Shown: one piece after another, positions 37,313 to 51,465 of the stretch
Position numbering within the stretch: the first letter of the stretch is position 1
Layout: each line of letters opens with the position of its first letter
Source: Octopus bimaculoides
Lineage: Eukaryota
Length of the DNA stretch: 53,767 nucleotides
Assembly (NCBI RefSeq): GCF_001194135.2
Contig: NC_068989.1
Coordinates: 64,657,865 to 64,711,631 of the forward strand
Direction: 5' to 3'
The notes under the pieces: generated by a model
The model's database searches: none
Told to the model about the DNA's origin: nothing
Seen by the model: the letters and a program-made list of their open reading frames with translations, nothing else
Program-made: the position numbers and the translations under genes

Positions 37313-39244
37313 ACTTTGAAAAAATATCTTTGGAAATATACTTAGAAAGATATCCAGTGTAAACACATTATCACATTACTGAGAACTTATTGCTCTTGTA
37401 TCAGTAAAATGATTAATTGTTATTTTACAATATAATGCATTGAATTATATTAACATATTTTTTCTCTGCTTGTTGCATAGTTAAAGGGTAGTGGTTAGCA
37501 TAATCCACAGAGCAACAGACTGCATGGCTTCCCTATTTAGCTACTTTGGCTTTATATTTCAAATTTAAATTCCGCTTTGGTATACTTTCTCTTTTTCCCT
37601 TCAGGGATTATTAAAAAAATATACCAGCCAAGCTTTGAAATCGATATAGTCGAGGGTTCCTTTTCACGAAATGTGTGACCTTGTGACAGTATAAAAAATA
37701 TGCTTGATACATGATTTGAAACCGGCGGAGAACCATTCGCTTCTCGTATTAAAAATTAATATTAACACATTTATTTTGTTCTTTCCTATTTTAAAATATA
37801 CAAAAATTAATGAAAAATAATTCATATTCTAAAACAAATCAATAAAGACACAGAAAATTAATACAAATAATAGCACACACACATACAAACCCACCATCCA
37901 CAGATACACACGCACATACACACACATTCACACTCATTCAGATACACTCGCACATACACACAATCACACACACACACGTATTTCATCCTGAGGATAAAAT
38001 GCATGGAAAATAAATGAAGATACTTTATTTGTATTAATTAAATGATGTTGCAATAGAAGGATATATTTATTTCACAATAGAAGTATACATGCTCACATAT
38101 ACAGCTCTTACTATAAATTTATACAGAGATACTCAAAACTATTTCTGCTGAAATACATTTTCTCATTAACATATTTTGACATATCGTAGACTACGCCAGG
38201 CAGCTACTATTTATGTAACATAATAATGTAGTTTTATATAACACTTATCGTCGTTTGATGCCTGCTATCGTTTTAAGGTCCGTGTAGAAGAAAAATCAAA
38301 GAAAACTATATTATATGGTATTATTTTGAATTTTAGTTTTATTCTGTTCTGATACGAGAAAAATCACAAATCTGTTATATGTTTATCGCATTTCGTATAA
38401 ACATCATATTATAGAGATGGTAAAAAACGACAAGACAGCCTGGTCCCAAATTGGGTAGATCATAGCATCGAGTTTGTTGCCTCATTGATTTGTGTATGAA
38501 TTTTGCTACCATCAACTTTACCATTCACCTCTCCTGGTTCTGATAAAACAAATACTGTTAACAACATATTGAAATCGATTCAATCGAATATCGAATGCTG
38601 AAGCGTCTTTTCTAAAAATATCAATAAAATATTAATAATCTGTTTTTTTTTTCAGAAACACAAACTATAAATATTTTCTATGTAATTACTTCTATCTATC
38701 TAATTAATTACATAAGATTATCTTTTATCCTTTCCTCAACTTCGATTAACCTGACACTCCCTCCAAAACATCAAACATCCGCATTCCCCAAGCACCCCCT
38801 ACCCATTATACTCACCTCTCTGTTCCTCCTGTTTAACCTCTACTACATCAAAACATGTGATCCAAGTGAAGGAGTCCCTATGTGGTCGCTTACTCGGCTA
38901 GAAATAAAAGACATAGCTCTCAAATTGAAACCTATCGTGTTGAAATGGGAGGGAAACATTAGATGATGCAGTCAAGATACGCAGTGTCTGAAGAAAGGAC
39001 GAAATGGAAATAGCTGAAACGCTTTTGATGACAGGTCAGCACAATGAGCAAAAACAACTTCTATGTAATTGAAATACATACCCACTAATACATCATTTTT
39101 CAGATATAAAGGGGAACTCGTATCACAAGATTTCTAGTCATGAATCCAATTAAGAATATTCTTCAAATTGTGTTAATACTATTTCCTATTTTTTCATGAT
39201 ATTTTCTAGTTTTAAAAACAAAAATTTCATATTCTTAAACAGTT

Positions 39245-39805
39245 CCCCAAGTACTTGACAGGTACTTTATTTTATCGACCTCAGAGGGACGAAAAGCAAA
39301 GTTGATCTCTGCGGAGTTTGAATTCAGAACATTAAGAGCAGGAAGAAATACTGCAACACATTTTGATGACACTCTAACGATTCCATCAACTAGGCTACCT
39401 TCACGATTTTGAGAATTAATCGTATCTAATTATGCAAAAGACCAGTAATTTTGATGTGAGGGGTTAGTCGATACCACCGATCACAATATTTGACTGATAC
39501 TTATTTTATCGATCACCAAATGCTGAATGGCAAACCAGACCTCGCCGCGATTCGAACTAACAATGTGAAAAGCCGGAACAAATTCCGCAAAGATTTCCCT
39601 ACGCTCTAACGAGTCTGCCATCTTGCTGTCCTAAGCTGTTTCAAATTCTGACACAGGGCCATCGCTCTCAGTTGTTAATAAGTACTTTATTGATATTTAT
39701 TTTATCGACCACAAATAATCTGAAGGCGAAGTTCAGAGTAAAGTGTCGGAATGAATGCCTTAAAGCGTTTTCCCGAAGCTCTAACTATCTTGCCAGTTGG
39801 TCGCC
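39245..39805 (-). mobile_element. Three degenerate SINE family A copies in series
   Basis: Repeated tactttattttatcga...ttgaa.tcaga...ctaacga blocks. Confidence 0.7.
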
Positions 39806-39871
39806 TAAACAATTTGAAAAATAAAAGAAAGATTTTATATAAACACGAAATAAAAATGCCAGCTGTGAACT

Positions 39872-40188
39872 CGCGTGGCTTAGCGGTTAAGGGTATTCGG
39901 ATCACGACTGTAAGGTCGTGAGTTCGATCCCTAGCGGTTCGTTGTGTCCTTGAGCAAGACACTTTACTTCGTGTTGTTCCTGTACATTCAGCTAGCAAAA
40001 ATGAGTAGTACGTGTAATTCAAAGGACCAGCCATGTCACATTCTGTGTAATGCTAAATCTCCCCGAGAACCTCGCTAAGTGTACGCGTGTCTATGGAGTG
40101 CTCAGCTACTTGCACGTTAATTTCACGAGCAAGCTGTTCTGTTGATCGGATCAACTGGAACGCTCGCCGTCGTAACCGACAGAGTGCA
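39872..40188 (+). mobile_element. SINE family C (tRNA head plus CORE/V-like domain), apparently full length
   Basis: A-box tggcttagcggttaag, B-box gagttcgatcc, central gtgtccttgagcaagacactt. Confidence 0.8.
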
Positions 40189-40793
40189 GTTTAAAACTGT
40201 CAGCAGGATCTATTTCAGACACCATAGCTACATATTATCTCAGAATTAATCCACGACTTATAAGTTCCATCCGTACTTCGTCATGACAGTGATAGCAAAT
40301 ATGAAATTCAGAGTAAAAATTAGAGCGTTTTATTAATTAGGAATATGTTTCCATTAAATAAAATCTGGAGCTTTTTCTAAAACATACACGAAAATTTAAA
40401 ATATATGATTTTGGAGTTTCAGAAGTTGTAGCTACGTATATATGGCATGTATGTGTATATGTATTCATGCGCGAGCGTGTGAATGCAAATATTGGTTCAT
40501 TAAAATTTGATTATGTATTGATATAAATGTATATTAAAGAAAAGATGAATCAGATAAAATATTTCCGAGTTGATATTGTTTGTTTATTATTTGCAGATAA
40601 TTTAGTCGGTTTTCTTGGAAGGCAGATGGAATCTAAGTATAGATCTAATTATGGATATTATCTCAAATCAAATAGTTCATATAGTAAATGATCTGAGTGT
40701 AATTTGAATTAACATTTTGAATTATCAATTTGAATTATCAATAGTAAAGTGAATATCCTCTTCATAGAAGATTGACTATTATGATGCCTTGAA

Positions 40794-40870
40794 CTGTTCT
40801 CTATGACTCATGCACTGGAATGTTGGTAAAATAGAGGCAACATTCCAATACATGAGACTATAGAAATCAG
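40794..40870 (-). ncRNA. Candidate pri-miRNA hairpin (predicted 5p 40858-40837 GUCUCAUGUAUUGGAAUGUUGC; 3p 40824-40803 AACAUUCCAGUGCAUGAGUCAU)
   Basis: Stem of about 33 bp with a 12-nt loop. On the minus strand three apparent mismatches become G:U wobbles. UG at -14/-13 and CAUC (CNNC) at +17 fit the same Drosha register. Confidence 0.6.
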
Positions 40871-41765
40871 CATGAGTGATATCTTTATAAGTAATTTCCC
40901 TTCTTTTCTGTTTTTGTTTTGTTTTGTTTGGTGAGCCATTTGTGTCGTCGTTCGTTTAACATAACGTCGAAAGCAGTTTGTTATCAGGAAGAAGAAAGAA
41001 TGTTTCCATTGTACATTACTATGTCGAAACAGTTATTAAATAAAGATGATTGGTTGTTTATGCCGATGCTTCTTTGTTAGACTCGGTTCGCTGATGGGGT
41101 TTAATAGAACCAAAACTTGTCACCGTATTGCTAATGATCAGACTCACTCCGATTCTCAAGCATTCCAGTTTTCACCAATTAAAACCTTCAGAATACTCAT
41201 TAAGTTGATGATACTCTCTCTTCACGAATGTAATTACGGGTACAATTTTAATTAATTAAATTTTATTAGCTCACTCCACTAAATATATCAACACCAACTA
41301 GACTGTTTCCTTACTACAGATTTGTAATTATAATTTCTGCTTCATTAGTTGATAGAAAAGGTGAAACGTAGTCTAAATGCATATAGAGCAAATACCTTCC
41401 TCCGAGGTCTATGTCTAATAAGTGAACTGTGGTCTTTGTTTTTCATTCATTAAAGGACTCTTGAATACGGAGCAAAAGGAAGTCGTTTTGGTGAAGAAAC
41501 TTATCTTCCTTACACACAATGTCATCGTATCTACAAATGGGAAGGTAAATTAGAAGAGAGGTATCGGTTAACGGACAGTATTTAAAAAAATATGTCCCTT
41601 AAAAATATTTCTACTAGTTCTCTCTCTAACACACCGTCTTCTTTGGTTTCTGTTCTCTTTTCATTCTTTGTAATACATACTCAGGTATAGAAACATTCAG
41701 ATACATTTTATGTATGCCTAGAAACAATCCATCCATCCATCCATCCATCCACATACATACATACT

Positions 41766-41810
<45 letters not shown>

Positions 41811-41820
41811 NNNNNNNNNN

Positions 41821-41861
<41 letters not shown>

Positions 41862-42845
41862 CAATTTTTACCTATAAAATAATCTGCACTCGCATCCAGT
41901 ATCAATATAGATATATTTTTATGTATAGTTAGAAATGACATTTACATGCGTGTGCATATATATAAATATAACATATATAATCTCTAAGTATACATAAAGT
42001 CAATCCACACACAAACACAGAAAGCATACACACATGACCCTCAATATTGCATAAAATATCGTACACATGAACATACGCATACACACATATACACACGAAC
42101 ATATGGCAACATATATGTATAACGTATCCTCCACCTTCGTACGATCTATGGATAATCTGTACCGATGTACGACTAAAATATGCCTAGATATAACAATGTA
42201 GGAATATAAAGCTGCAATATTAATCATATCCAATCCTTGCAGACATACACGGAAGTACACACATACAGACACACACACGCGCACACACATACACAGACAC
42301 ACACAGATACGCATATACAAACACACACACATATATATGTATATAAATATAAATATATATATATACACACACGTACATATATGTTTATTCTAATGTAAAC
42401 ATGCCAACAACTACATGACAATGATGACATGTGAATCTCTGCATATACATTTTAAAGGTGAAATATACACATTTGTAATAGTACAAGTGACTCTTGAACA
42501 TCTCAGAAAAAAAAAAATTCTCGTTTTGTTCACCGGAGAAAGAAAGACAGAGAGAGAGAGAGAGGGAGGGAGGGAGAGAGAGAGAGAGAAAGAAAGAAAA
42601 CGGGAGATTATCTATTGCCTTTATGATAGGAATGTTACAGATAATGAGTGATGGTGAGAGGAGGTGAATATGTAGTTTAAAAAACTGAAAAATGATTGAA
42701 GTACTTGTACTTGACAATTTGTCCAAAATTGAGAGAGAAAAACATAGCATATCTGGCTGAAAGCGGAAATGTAAGGCACAACAGACAGGCGCCATTAGAG
42801 ACGGGTTTTGTCTAGTTCGTTCAGAAAAGGATATATATATTTACT

Positions 42846-43125
42846 CTCTTTCATTTGTTTCAGTCATGTAACTAAGGCCATGTCCAACAAATCGACGCCA
42901 CTACTTACTCTATCAGTTTCTTTTGCTTAAACGCTAAGTTACGCGGACGTAATCGCGCCACCATCGGTTGTCAAGTGATAGTGGTGGTGGTGGTGGTGGG
43001 GCAAACACAGACACACAAACATACACACATAGACACGCACACATACACATACGACGGGCTTCTTTCAGTTTCCGTCTGTTTAGCAAATCCACAATGCTTT
43101 GGTTGGCTCGAGGCCAAATATTAGA
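42846..43125 (-). mobile_element. SINE family B
   Basis: acgacgggcttctttcagtttccgtct...ggtt.gctcgaggc is the reverse complement of 7050-7110. Confidence 0.85.
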
Positions 43126-43204
43126 AATTTCTACTACCAGTGGCCTAGCGTGTAAAAATTTAGTCCATTGACTATATATTATTTATATAAATACAGTTTG
43201 GTGG

Positions 43205-43380
43205 GAGGCGATAAGTCAATTATTACATCAACCCCCAGTACTCAACTGGTATTTAGTTTATCGAACCAACCCGAAAGCGGAAAGGCAAAGTCAACTTCAG
43301 CGGAAATTGAATACAGAATGTAAAAACGGATGAAATGCCACTAAGCACTTGCCCGGCGTGCTAACGATTCTGCCAGCAAA
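43205..43380 (-). mobile_element. SINE family A
   Basis: ggcaaagtcaacttcagcggaa...cccggcgtgctaacgattctgccagc. Confidence 0.9.
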
Positions 43381-44052
43381 CCTAAAAGTAAAGCCATTAT
43401 AACTATGTCTATCCACATTTTCCAGTCAGATTCTCTCAAACTATATTTATTACAACATGTCGGCTGTTGAGTATAAAATCTAGAAAAGGGAGAGAATGCA
43501 AATTCAGATCAAATTACAAATCTAAAAATGTTATGGAGATTAAAATTATAAAATGAAAATGAACTGGAAGGAAACTAAATTTCGTTAAGTGTGTGCCAAT
43601 TTTAGCTTTATGTCTAACATTTGTAAATCTGACATTGGTATATAATGTCATGAAATCTAAAACATTTAAGATATTAAATATATTCTCGATAAATATATTC
43701 TCTGAGTTTAAAGTTTTTTTTTTTCAGCCAGACTTTCATCAAAATAATAATCATTGACGTACGATCGAATATGTCTCACTCTATTATAAAAGTATGGTGT
43801 TATCTTCACAGAAAAATGATCTTCGCTATTTTATATTATTACATGATATTATAATTCATCTGTATTAGATTTTAAAATTGTATTTGTTAACAGACGCCAT
43901 TGATAGAATTTCTGTTGCAGCAAAAGAAACTATATTAACTATAATCTTTCATCATTTGTAAGTGCGTTATTTTGAAGAATAATATATAAAGCGTATCCCT
44001 CATACACCAGGAATAATGCTGTTTGAGATTAGGCTAATATATTGACATAGAA

Positions 44053-44460
44053 AGGTGGCGAGCTAGCAGGATTATTAGCAGGCCGGGCAAAATGCTTAGC
44101 GGTATTTCGTACGTCATTAGGTTATCTGTTGAAATTCCGCCGAGATCGACTTTGCCTTTCATCCTTTTTCGGGATCGATAATATGAGTACCAGATATAAT
44201 CGACTTAACCCCTCCCTCGAACTTGCTGACCTTGTGCCAAAATTTGAAACCGTTCTTATCATAACTAACCGGCGTGTAAGGCGGTGAGCTGACAGAATCG
44301 TTAACACGTCGGGGAAAATGATTAGCGACATTTCGTCCATCTTACGTTTTGTGTTCAAATTCCACCGACGTTGACTTTGCTTTTCGTCCTTTTGGGGTCG
44401 ATAATATAAGTACCAGCTGAGCACTGAGGTTGATGGTCTTGTGCCAAAATTTGAAACCAG
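44053..44460 (+). mobile_element. Two tandem SINE family A copies (44053-44250 and 44279-44460)
   Basis: Both match the consensus head and central domain. Confidence 0.9.
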
Positions 44461-44989
44461 TATATTGACATAGATATTTAGAAAAGATAATTCTGAAGGA
44501 ATCAACGATCTAACCTCTAAACCGCTGTTGTGATTTAGTCTCTCTCTTTCGCTCTGTTTCTGATATGCGTACTGCTACTAGAGTAATATTTGTTATCCAG
44601 ATGTCGCTTTTCTATGAGAACTAATCATTGTACGTCATTGTTTTTTGTTGCCTCTCTTTCCCGTTTCAAAAAACTGCTCGAATCACAATTTCTCGTTAGA
44701 ATTCCATCCGTAATTACAACCTATTGATGACTGAGTAAATTCAATTACTCAGAAAAGAAGTAATGCAAGACTCTATTCAATTTCCTCTTTTCAAGAAGAT
44801 CCGAACAGGTAATTAGTATTGTCTTTCTTTACTCAGGTAGTACAAAAGACAAAATGGTGGACAGGAATTCAAATCGCCTGGCATCAGAAAAATTGAGAGC
44901 TTCCGGGTAACGTTGGAAGAATTGGAAAATGAAAATTAATACACATTTTTGTTTTACTACTATGTACATGAAAACAGTGATATTACAAA

Positions 44990-45218
44990 CCATATTTTTG
45001 TTACCATATTTGTTTTCACACACGCTGCCTTTGTTTCAATTAATTCTGAAAGTATTACAGAATTTAGTGAAATAATTGTCGTTATTAATCTGGCACTTGG
45101 AACACAGACTAAGACGAAATTTTAATGGAAGGTTTTAATTTAGATCGATTTAAAGCAGGAAGTTTGTATCATAGTACCAATGGTTTTTATGGATAGGTTG
45201 GCAATCAAAACGGTTAAA
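44990..45218. mobile_element. Diverged copy of the same TTAA-type MITE family, opposite orientation
   Basis: Ends aaaacggttaaa; internal ttttaatggaaggttttaattt is the reverse complement of aattaaaaaaccttaatcaaaat at about 13925. Confidence 0.45.
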
Positions 45219-45930
45219 TGAGAATTATAAGACTACCAAATAATTTGTTTCAGAAACACAATAGAAACACAATACTTAATATAAGTCTGTATTGTGGAGA
45301 TACACAAATGAAAATGTAACTTAGCATAACATAAAAAAAGGAATAAAAGCAAACTGCGTGACTCTTTCTCATTACCCAGAAGCATTTTATTTTGCAAAAG
45401 CTTTCAATTTCACTGGAAGATTTTGATATCCGATCAGTCCGAAATATATTTACTAACTTAGATACCAATGTTCAGAAAGTAACAGTTTAAACACCTTAGT
45501 GTTGTGAAAGCAAGGCATAGAGTAGAGCTAGATGTTGAGAAATAGGAGAAGGAAGAAATATGGAAATAGTCGAGAGGAGGATAAATATAATGAAGAAATT
45601 AGTTACACCCCTTTATGTTCTCAATAATAATCCCAACAAACCTGGTTTTTGGCTTTCATAGCCACTGGTAGTGCCCAAGAAAAGCAACAAAAATATACTG
45701 GACACAGTTCAATTGACCACATTTGTTTAGTCCAATTTTCTAACCTCATTCTTTGTTTAGAAATCAATGCCAATACCCTGAGCAAAAACTCACTATATCA
45801 AACACAAACAACAAGCTTGTTATATGCACGTTAGCAAATGCTTACAGATTTACAAAACACATTAGAACAATATTGAATCAAATTGTGTTGACTCTTTTAA
45901 CCAAATATGGATACATACATACATACATAA

Positions 45931-45987
<57 letters not shown>

Positions 45988-46631
45988 CACACATATATAA
46001 ATATATATACATATATATGTATATAAAAACATGCATACACACACGCACACATATATATATATGTATATACATATATATATATATATNNNNNNNNNNNNNN
46101 NNNNNNNNNNNNNNNNNNNNNNNNNNNNNNNNNNNNNNNNNNNNNNNNNNNNNNNNNNNNNNNNNNNNNNNNNNNNNNNNNNNNNNNNNNNNNNNNNNNN
46201 NNNNNNNNNNNNNNNNNNNNNNNNNNNNNNNNNNNNNNNNNNNNNNNNNNNNNNNNNNNNNNNNNNNNNNNNNNNNNNNNNNNNNNNNNNNNNNNNNNNN
46301 NNNNNNNNNNNNNNNNNNNNNNNNNNNNNNNNNNNNNNNNNNNNNNNNNNNNNNNNNNNNNNNNNNNNNNNNNNNNNNNNNNNNNNNNNNNNNNNNNNNN
46401 NNNNNNNNNNNNNNNNNNNNNNNNNNNNNNNNNNNNNNNNNNNNNNNNNNNNNNNNNNNNNNNNNNNNNNNNNNNNNNNNNNNNNNNNNNNNNNNNNNNN
46501 NNNNNNNNNNNNNNNNNNNNNNNNNNNNNNNNNNNNNNNNNNNNNNNNNNNNNNNNNNNNNNNNTATATATACATATATTAATAGTAATGGTAAGACAAC
46601 AAAAGAATGAAAGAGACCTCGATATTATTCC

Positions 46632-46680
46632 ATGCTAGCATGGAAAGCGGACGTTAAACGATGATGATGATGATGATGAT
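46632..46680 (+). mobile_element. Retroposon 3' terminus with a (GAT)n tail (RTE-like)
   Basis: catgctagcatggaaagcggacgttaaacgatgatgatgat. Confidence 0.4.
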
Positions 46681-46857
46681 ATATATACATATATACATAT
46701 ATATATACATATATATATGTATATGCATATATAAATTATATATATCTATATATATCGATCTATATATATATATACATATATATATATGCGTGTGTGTGTA
46801 TGTATATACGTACATACATATACACATATGTATGTGTATATATATGTATGTCTGTAT

Positions 46858-46897
<40 letters not shown>

Positions 46898-47352
46898 GCG
46901 TGTGTGTGTATGTATATACGTCCATACTTATGCACGCGCGTGTGTGTGTGTGTGCAACTTCCTTAAATCCTTAACAAGTATTCTCTTTACCCGAATTAGA
47001 GTAGTGATGAAGAGCAATCACGTATTACCAATTTACCGCAATCGAGGAATATTCAGTTACTGCATTTTGATTTAGATGATGATGGGAAAATTAATATGAT
47101 ATGATGGTAATCACAATAAGATGACAATATTTACAGACATGGTGAAAAAATAGGAATTATTTCCGGATAACTATTACCAATAACAAAAAAAAAAATATAT
47201 ATATATGAAGAAAAAATAAATGTCAATTCAGCAGAAATATTCTCTGAAATGTATATTCTATACTGCGTTTGTTATTGGTTTTAGTAACTGGAATGCAGTA
47301 ATGCTGGTGTTTTGTCTTCATGGTTTTAGAACTTGTTTCCAAATAGTGTGAG

Positions 47353-47421
<69 letters not shown>

Positions 47422-49348
47422 GAGTCTATAACCAGTGTGGGTTAGAAAGCTTGTTAAATATGAAACAATTTCAGTGATCAAATTGCTAGTGTTGTTGTTG
47501 TTATTGTTGCAATTGCTTAGCACAAGGTCAAAGCGAGTAGAGGGGCTCCAACCATGGTCTCTTCATGTGTTCATGCGTAAGCATGACTATGTTATTTAAT
47601 TTGTCCTTAATGCCAATGTATAATTACTGTGAGAAGTGAATGATTCAGCATATTGAAGAAATTTAAGTCTAATAAACACATTGAATTGGAGCAGACTTGA
47701 CTGCTATTATGAAGCGATCGAGTATGTACGCTTATTCGAATAGTGACTCCAAAGTTTCGGCTTGATGGGCTCGTCAGGTCATCTGACGAAGCAGGTGAGC
47801 CGAAACGTCGAAGTCACTGTCAAATATTTCCTTGTAAAAGAAATGTACACCACAAAAAGTATTTAGTAAATCTTCAGTTTAATGTTGAATTGTTTTTATA
47901 TACAACTTCACATAAACACATGCAGTAACATACATATATTGGAAGATGGGTTTGTGTGTTCATGTGTTTGGTTATACAGGTACATGTGTTAGTATTTTTG
48001 TTATGCGTATATAGTCTAGTTAATGTTGTTCACTGAATATGTATAATATATTTTAGAAATGAGTGAGAAAAATAAAATAACAAAAGCAACAAAATAGAAA
48101 AAGGGGACATTTTAAAAATATTCTTTAGTCGTTATTTAATAGATTCTGACGTTGTTATATACATGCATAATATGCGGATATATATGTATAATATATAAGT
48201 GTTTTGTGTATATTAGGAATATATTGGAAAGAATATATATATTATTTCCATTTGCTTGAATGTGCGAATATATTTATACAGTTGCTTTATACAGTAGTTC
48301 ATAATAATTTGAAATATTATAACATTTCCACAAAATACATGAAAAAATCGCAAACAAATAATTTAGAACAGAATTTTGAACAGCAGGGAATAAAGAATTA
48401 TAAAAGATTATTTGAAAATATTAAATAAAAGAATGAAAAAGTATAAAATAAGTAAAGCGAAGCGAAATAAAAATCTAGTTTTAAGAAGGAAAAAAATTTA
48501 AATGTTTGGAATGAGTTATATCCAGCAGATTATTCACAATTATATCTGTTTAAAATGAAAGCAATCTAATTAATCTTATTGTTACCAATAAGAGAGTTCT
48601 AATCATGCAGCAATAGTCTTGATGAAGAGGCTGAAACATATATGCACCGTTTTGTAATACACATCGTCTAATAATTAAAATTATATTAAATTGCCAAGAC
48701 TTTCATGTTTCAGACGAAATATTCTTTGAAATGCTTCAATAGATATTAGTTCGTATATAAAGAAGTACGAGGAGAATAATGAACGCAACTAGTAAGCATT
48801 GTTTTCCAAATATTTAATAAAACTTATAATAATCATGTCGAAATTTTTTCTGAATGATCAAAAACGTAGCTTTAAGATTTGCCTTGAATACGTGTAACGT
48901 TTTTTCATCCCTTGCGGTACGTGCTTCGTGTTGCATAACTTTATTTTCTGCACATCAATATTTTTGTATTGGGATTTATCATAAGAAGTCAATTCAACTT
49001 GATAACGATGGAAATGATGCCATATACATTCGTGACATTAGTGATATAAATTTTATGAGTTTTCAGACATCAATATTTCATCAATATTATTTTATACAAA
49101 CATGTATCGTATCTATATCCATATCTATATCTGCCGAAAAAAATAACACTGATTCATTTTGTTTCTTAATTCTAACAACCTGAAATATTATCTGAAGGAA
49201 AATAATAAAATGAAAACTGTAGACTAGAGAAAGAATGGGTATTGTATTTCAAAGTATATTTTGACGTTCATGAAAGATTGATAAATAACCATGCGTATTT
49301 CTCTTATTTGGATACCGGCAAATAAGACTAACATACTAATTTTTTAAT

Positions 49349-49409
<61 letters not shown>

Positions 49410-50813
49410 TTTATTCATATAATTATATTTGTATATATTTGTATTAAAATATGCAAATCGTAATATTTATTTAATATATTAATATTAATACATTAATTAA
49501 TTAGGCAATACGCATGATTTCATGCGTTTCAGTTTGATGACAGCGTCATGTGTATCTAAATGTTTCAAACACATTCATATCCTTTTAGATGTCTAAAATA
49601 TATTTTAAATGTATTTTAAATATTCTTATTGTAAACACTTTTAATATTATAACGTAAAAGATGCTTGTAGCAATGAGATTAAAATTACATAGTTACATAA
49701 TAATTGCATGAAGAAAATTACATGGCATTGTTTAGTTAGCATTACAAACATGGTGGTGTTTCATTGTTTCAAGCTCTTCTGATACCCACAGACACACACA
49801 CACACGCACACACACATAAGTATATACATATACACATATATACATATACATATATATACATATATGTATATATATGTATATATATATATAAATGTTTATG
49901 TATATATGTACATTCGTAAGTATGGAAATATGTATTAGGAAAGGAAATCAAACAAGAATTGAAGCTTGGCTGCGTGAGATTATTAATGTACTCACTCTTC
50001 CTCCGAGAATTCCCTGTAAAATGAAACCAACAATTTGAATTGTTCAGACTAGTCTTGAAAGATGATATTAAAATGTAATTTAAAGAAGGCATCGTTCCAC
50101 GTTTCCTTTGACTATTATTATGACAATTTTTTTTTTCATGAACATAAAATCAACAAAACAGGAAAATTATGTTTGGATGGTTTGAAAATTTACATAAACA
50201 TTTTTGTTGACATGCAAACATATCAAAGTAGATTATCACAACTTGAGAGACAAGCAATATTTCAAAACACATAGCAATTTCCTATAAATTTATAACTGAA
50301 AAATTGTGGAGCACGAAAGCTGTGATTTATCACTGAAACGAAATACCACGTAATGGTCTTTATGCCTTTACTAATAGCATTATTGATGAAAACCAAGTAA
50401 TTCTCTATAGCTGTGGGGTGGGTACAATGCCAATACAAATTAATTAATCAACAATATTTTAATTTCTATTAATGAACTTTAATATTCCTTTTAAAATAAT
50501 GAGAAGTCAAGAATTGAATTCTGATAAAAATCTACAACGATTTATAACTTAAACTTTGTGGAACATTAAAATTAATATTCATGATTAATACAGCAGAAAA
50601 AAAACCTTCCTAACATTAAATACTGTTAAATTGTATGAAATATGAGCAATGACATAAATATGTTCTGAAGATATGCGAGACGATACTACAGGAAATCGTC
50701 TTGCAGGATTTTTTCCAGTTTCATTAAATATCTCTAATAAATTACTTTCAGTACTGAGTTCATATCTGTTGTTCTCTGTACTTTAGTATAATTTTTTCTA
50801 TTATTATTATGAA

Positions 50814-51465
50814 GCAAAATGCTTAGTGGCAGTTCGTCTGTCATTATGTTATAAGTTCAAATGCAGCAGAGGTCGACTTTGCCTTTCATTCTTTCGGGGT
50901 AGATAAAATAAGTACCAGTTGAACACTGGGTTCAATGTAATCGACTTACTCCTTCCTCCTTCCTCTAAAACTGCTGGATTTGTGCTAAAATTTGAAGCCA
51001 TTATTATTATCATCGTCATGATGATGATGATCATCATCATTATTATTATCATTATTATTATTATTAGTATGATGATGATGAAACAAAATGCTTAGCGGCA
51101 TTTCATCCGTCTTTAAGTTATGAGTTCAAATGCCACCGAGGTGGACTTTGCATTTCATATTTTCGAAGTCGATAAAATACGTACCAGTTAAGCACTCGAG
51201 TCAATATAGTCGACTAGCCCTTCCTGCCAACACTTTCAGGCCTTGTGCTTTGAGTAGAAAAGATTATTGTCATTATGAAACAAAATACTCAGCGCCATTT
51301 CGTCCGTCGTTACGTTCTGAAATGAAATTCTGCTGAAGCCGACTTTGTCTTTCATCATTTCAAAGTGAATATAGTAAGTGCGAATTGGGCATTGAGATCG
51401 ATGTCATGACTAGTCCCCTTACACTTAAGTTTAGGCCTCGTGCCTATAATAGATAGGATTATTTC
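50814..51465 (+). mobile_element. Three 5'-shortened SINE family A copies, the first two separated by ATT/ATG simple repeats
   Basis: caaaatgcttag.ggca...gagttcaaat...gactttgc blocks at about 50814, 51083 and 51280. Confidence 0.8.

Noticed and set aside
38813-38900. Minus exon-like segment with a strong acceptor and GAG|GTGAGT donor (PSKRPHRDSFTWITCFDVVEVKQEEQR)
   Set aside because: Its acceptor lies within a dispersed repeat remnant, and the phase-1 end does not fit the phase-2 start at 27259. Worth a glance in RNA-seq.
39872-39945. tRNA genes (also the heads at 6944 and 1640)
   Set aside because: Only A/B boxes of SINE heads; no complete cloverleaf.
44750-45480. Several exon-like segments on both strands
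   Set aside because: Short open frames are expected by chance, and no consistent phase chain is supported.
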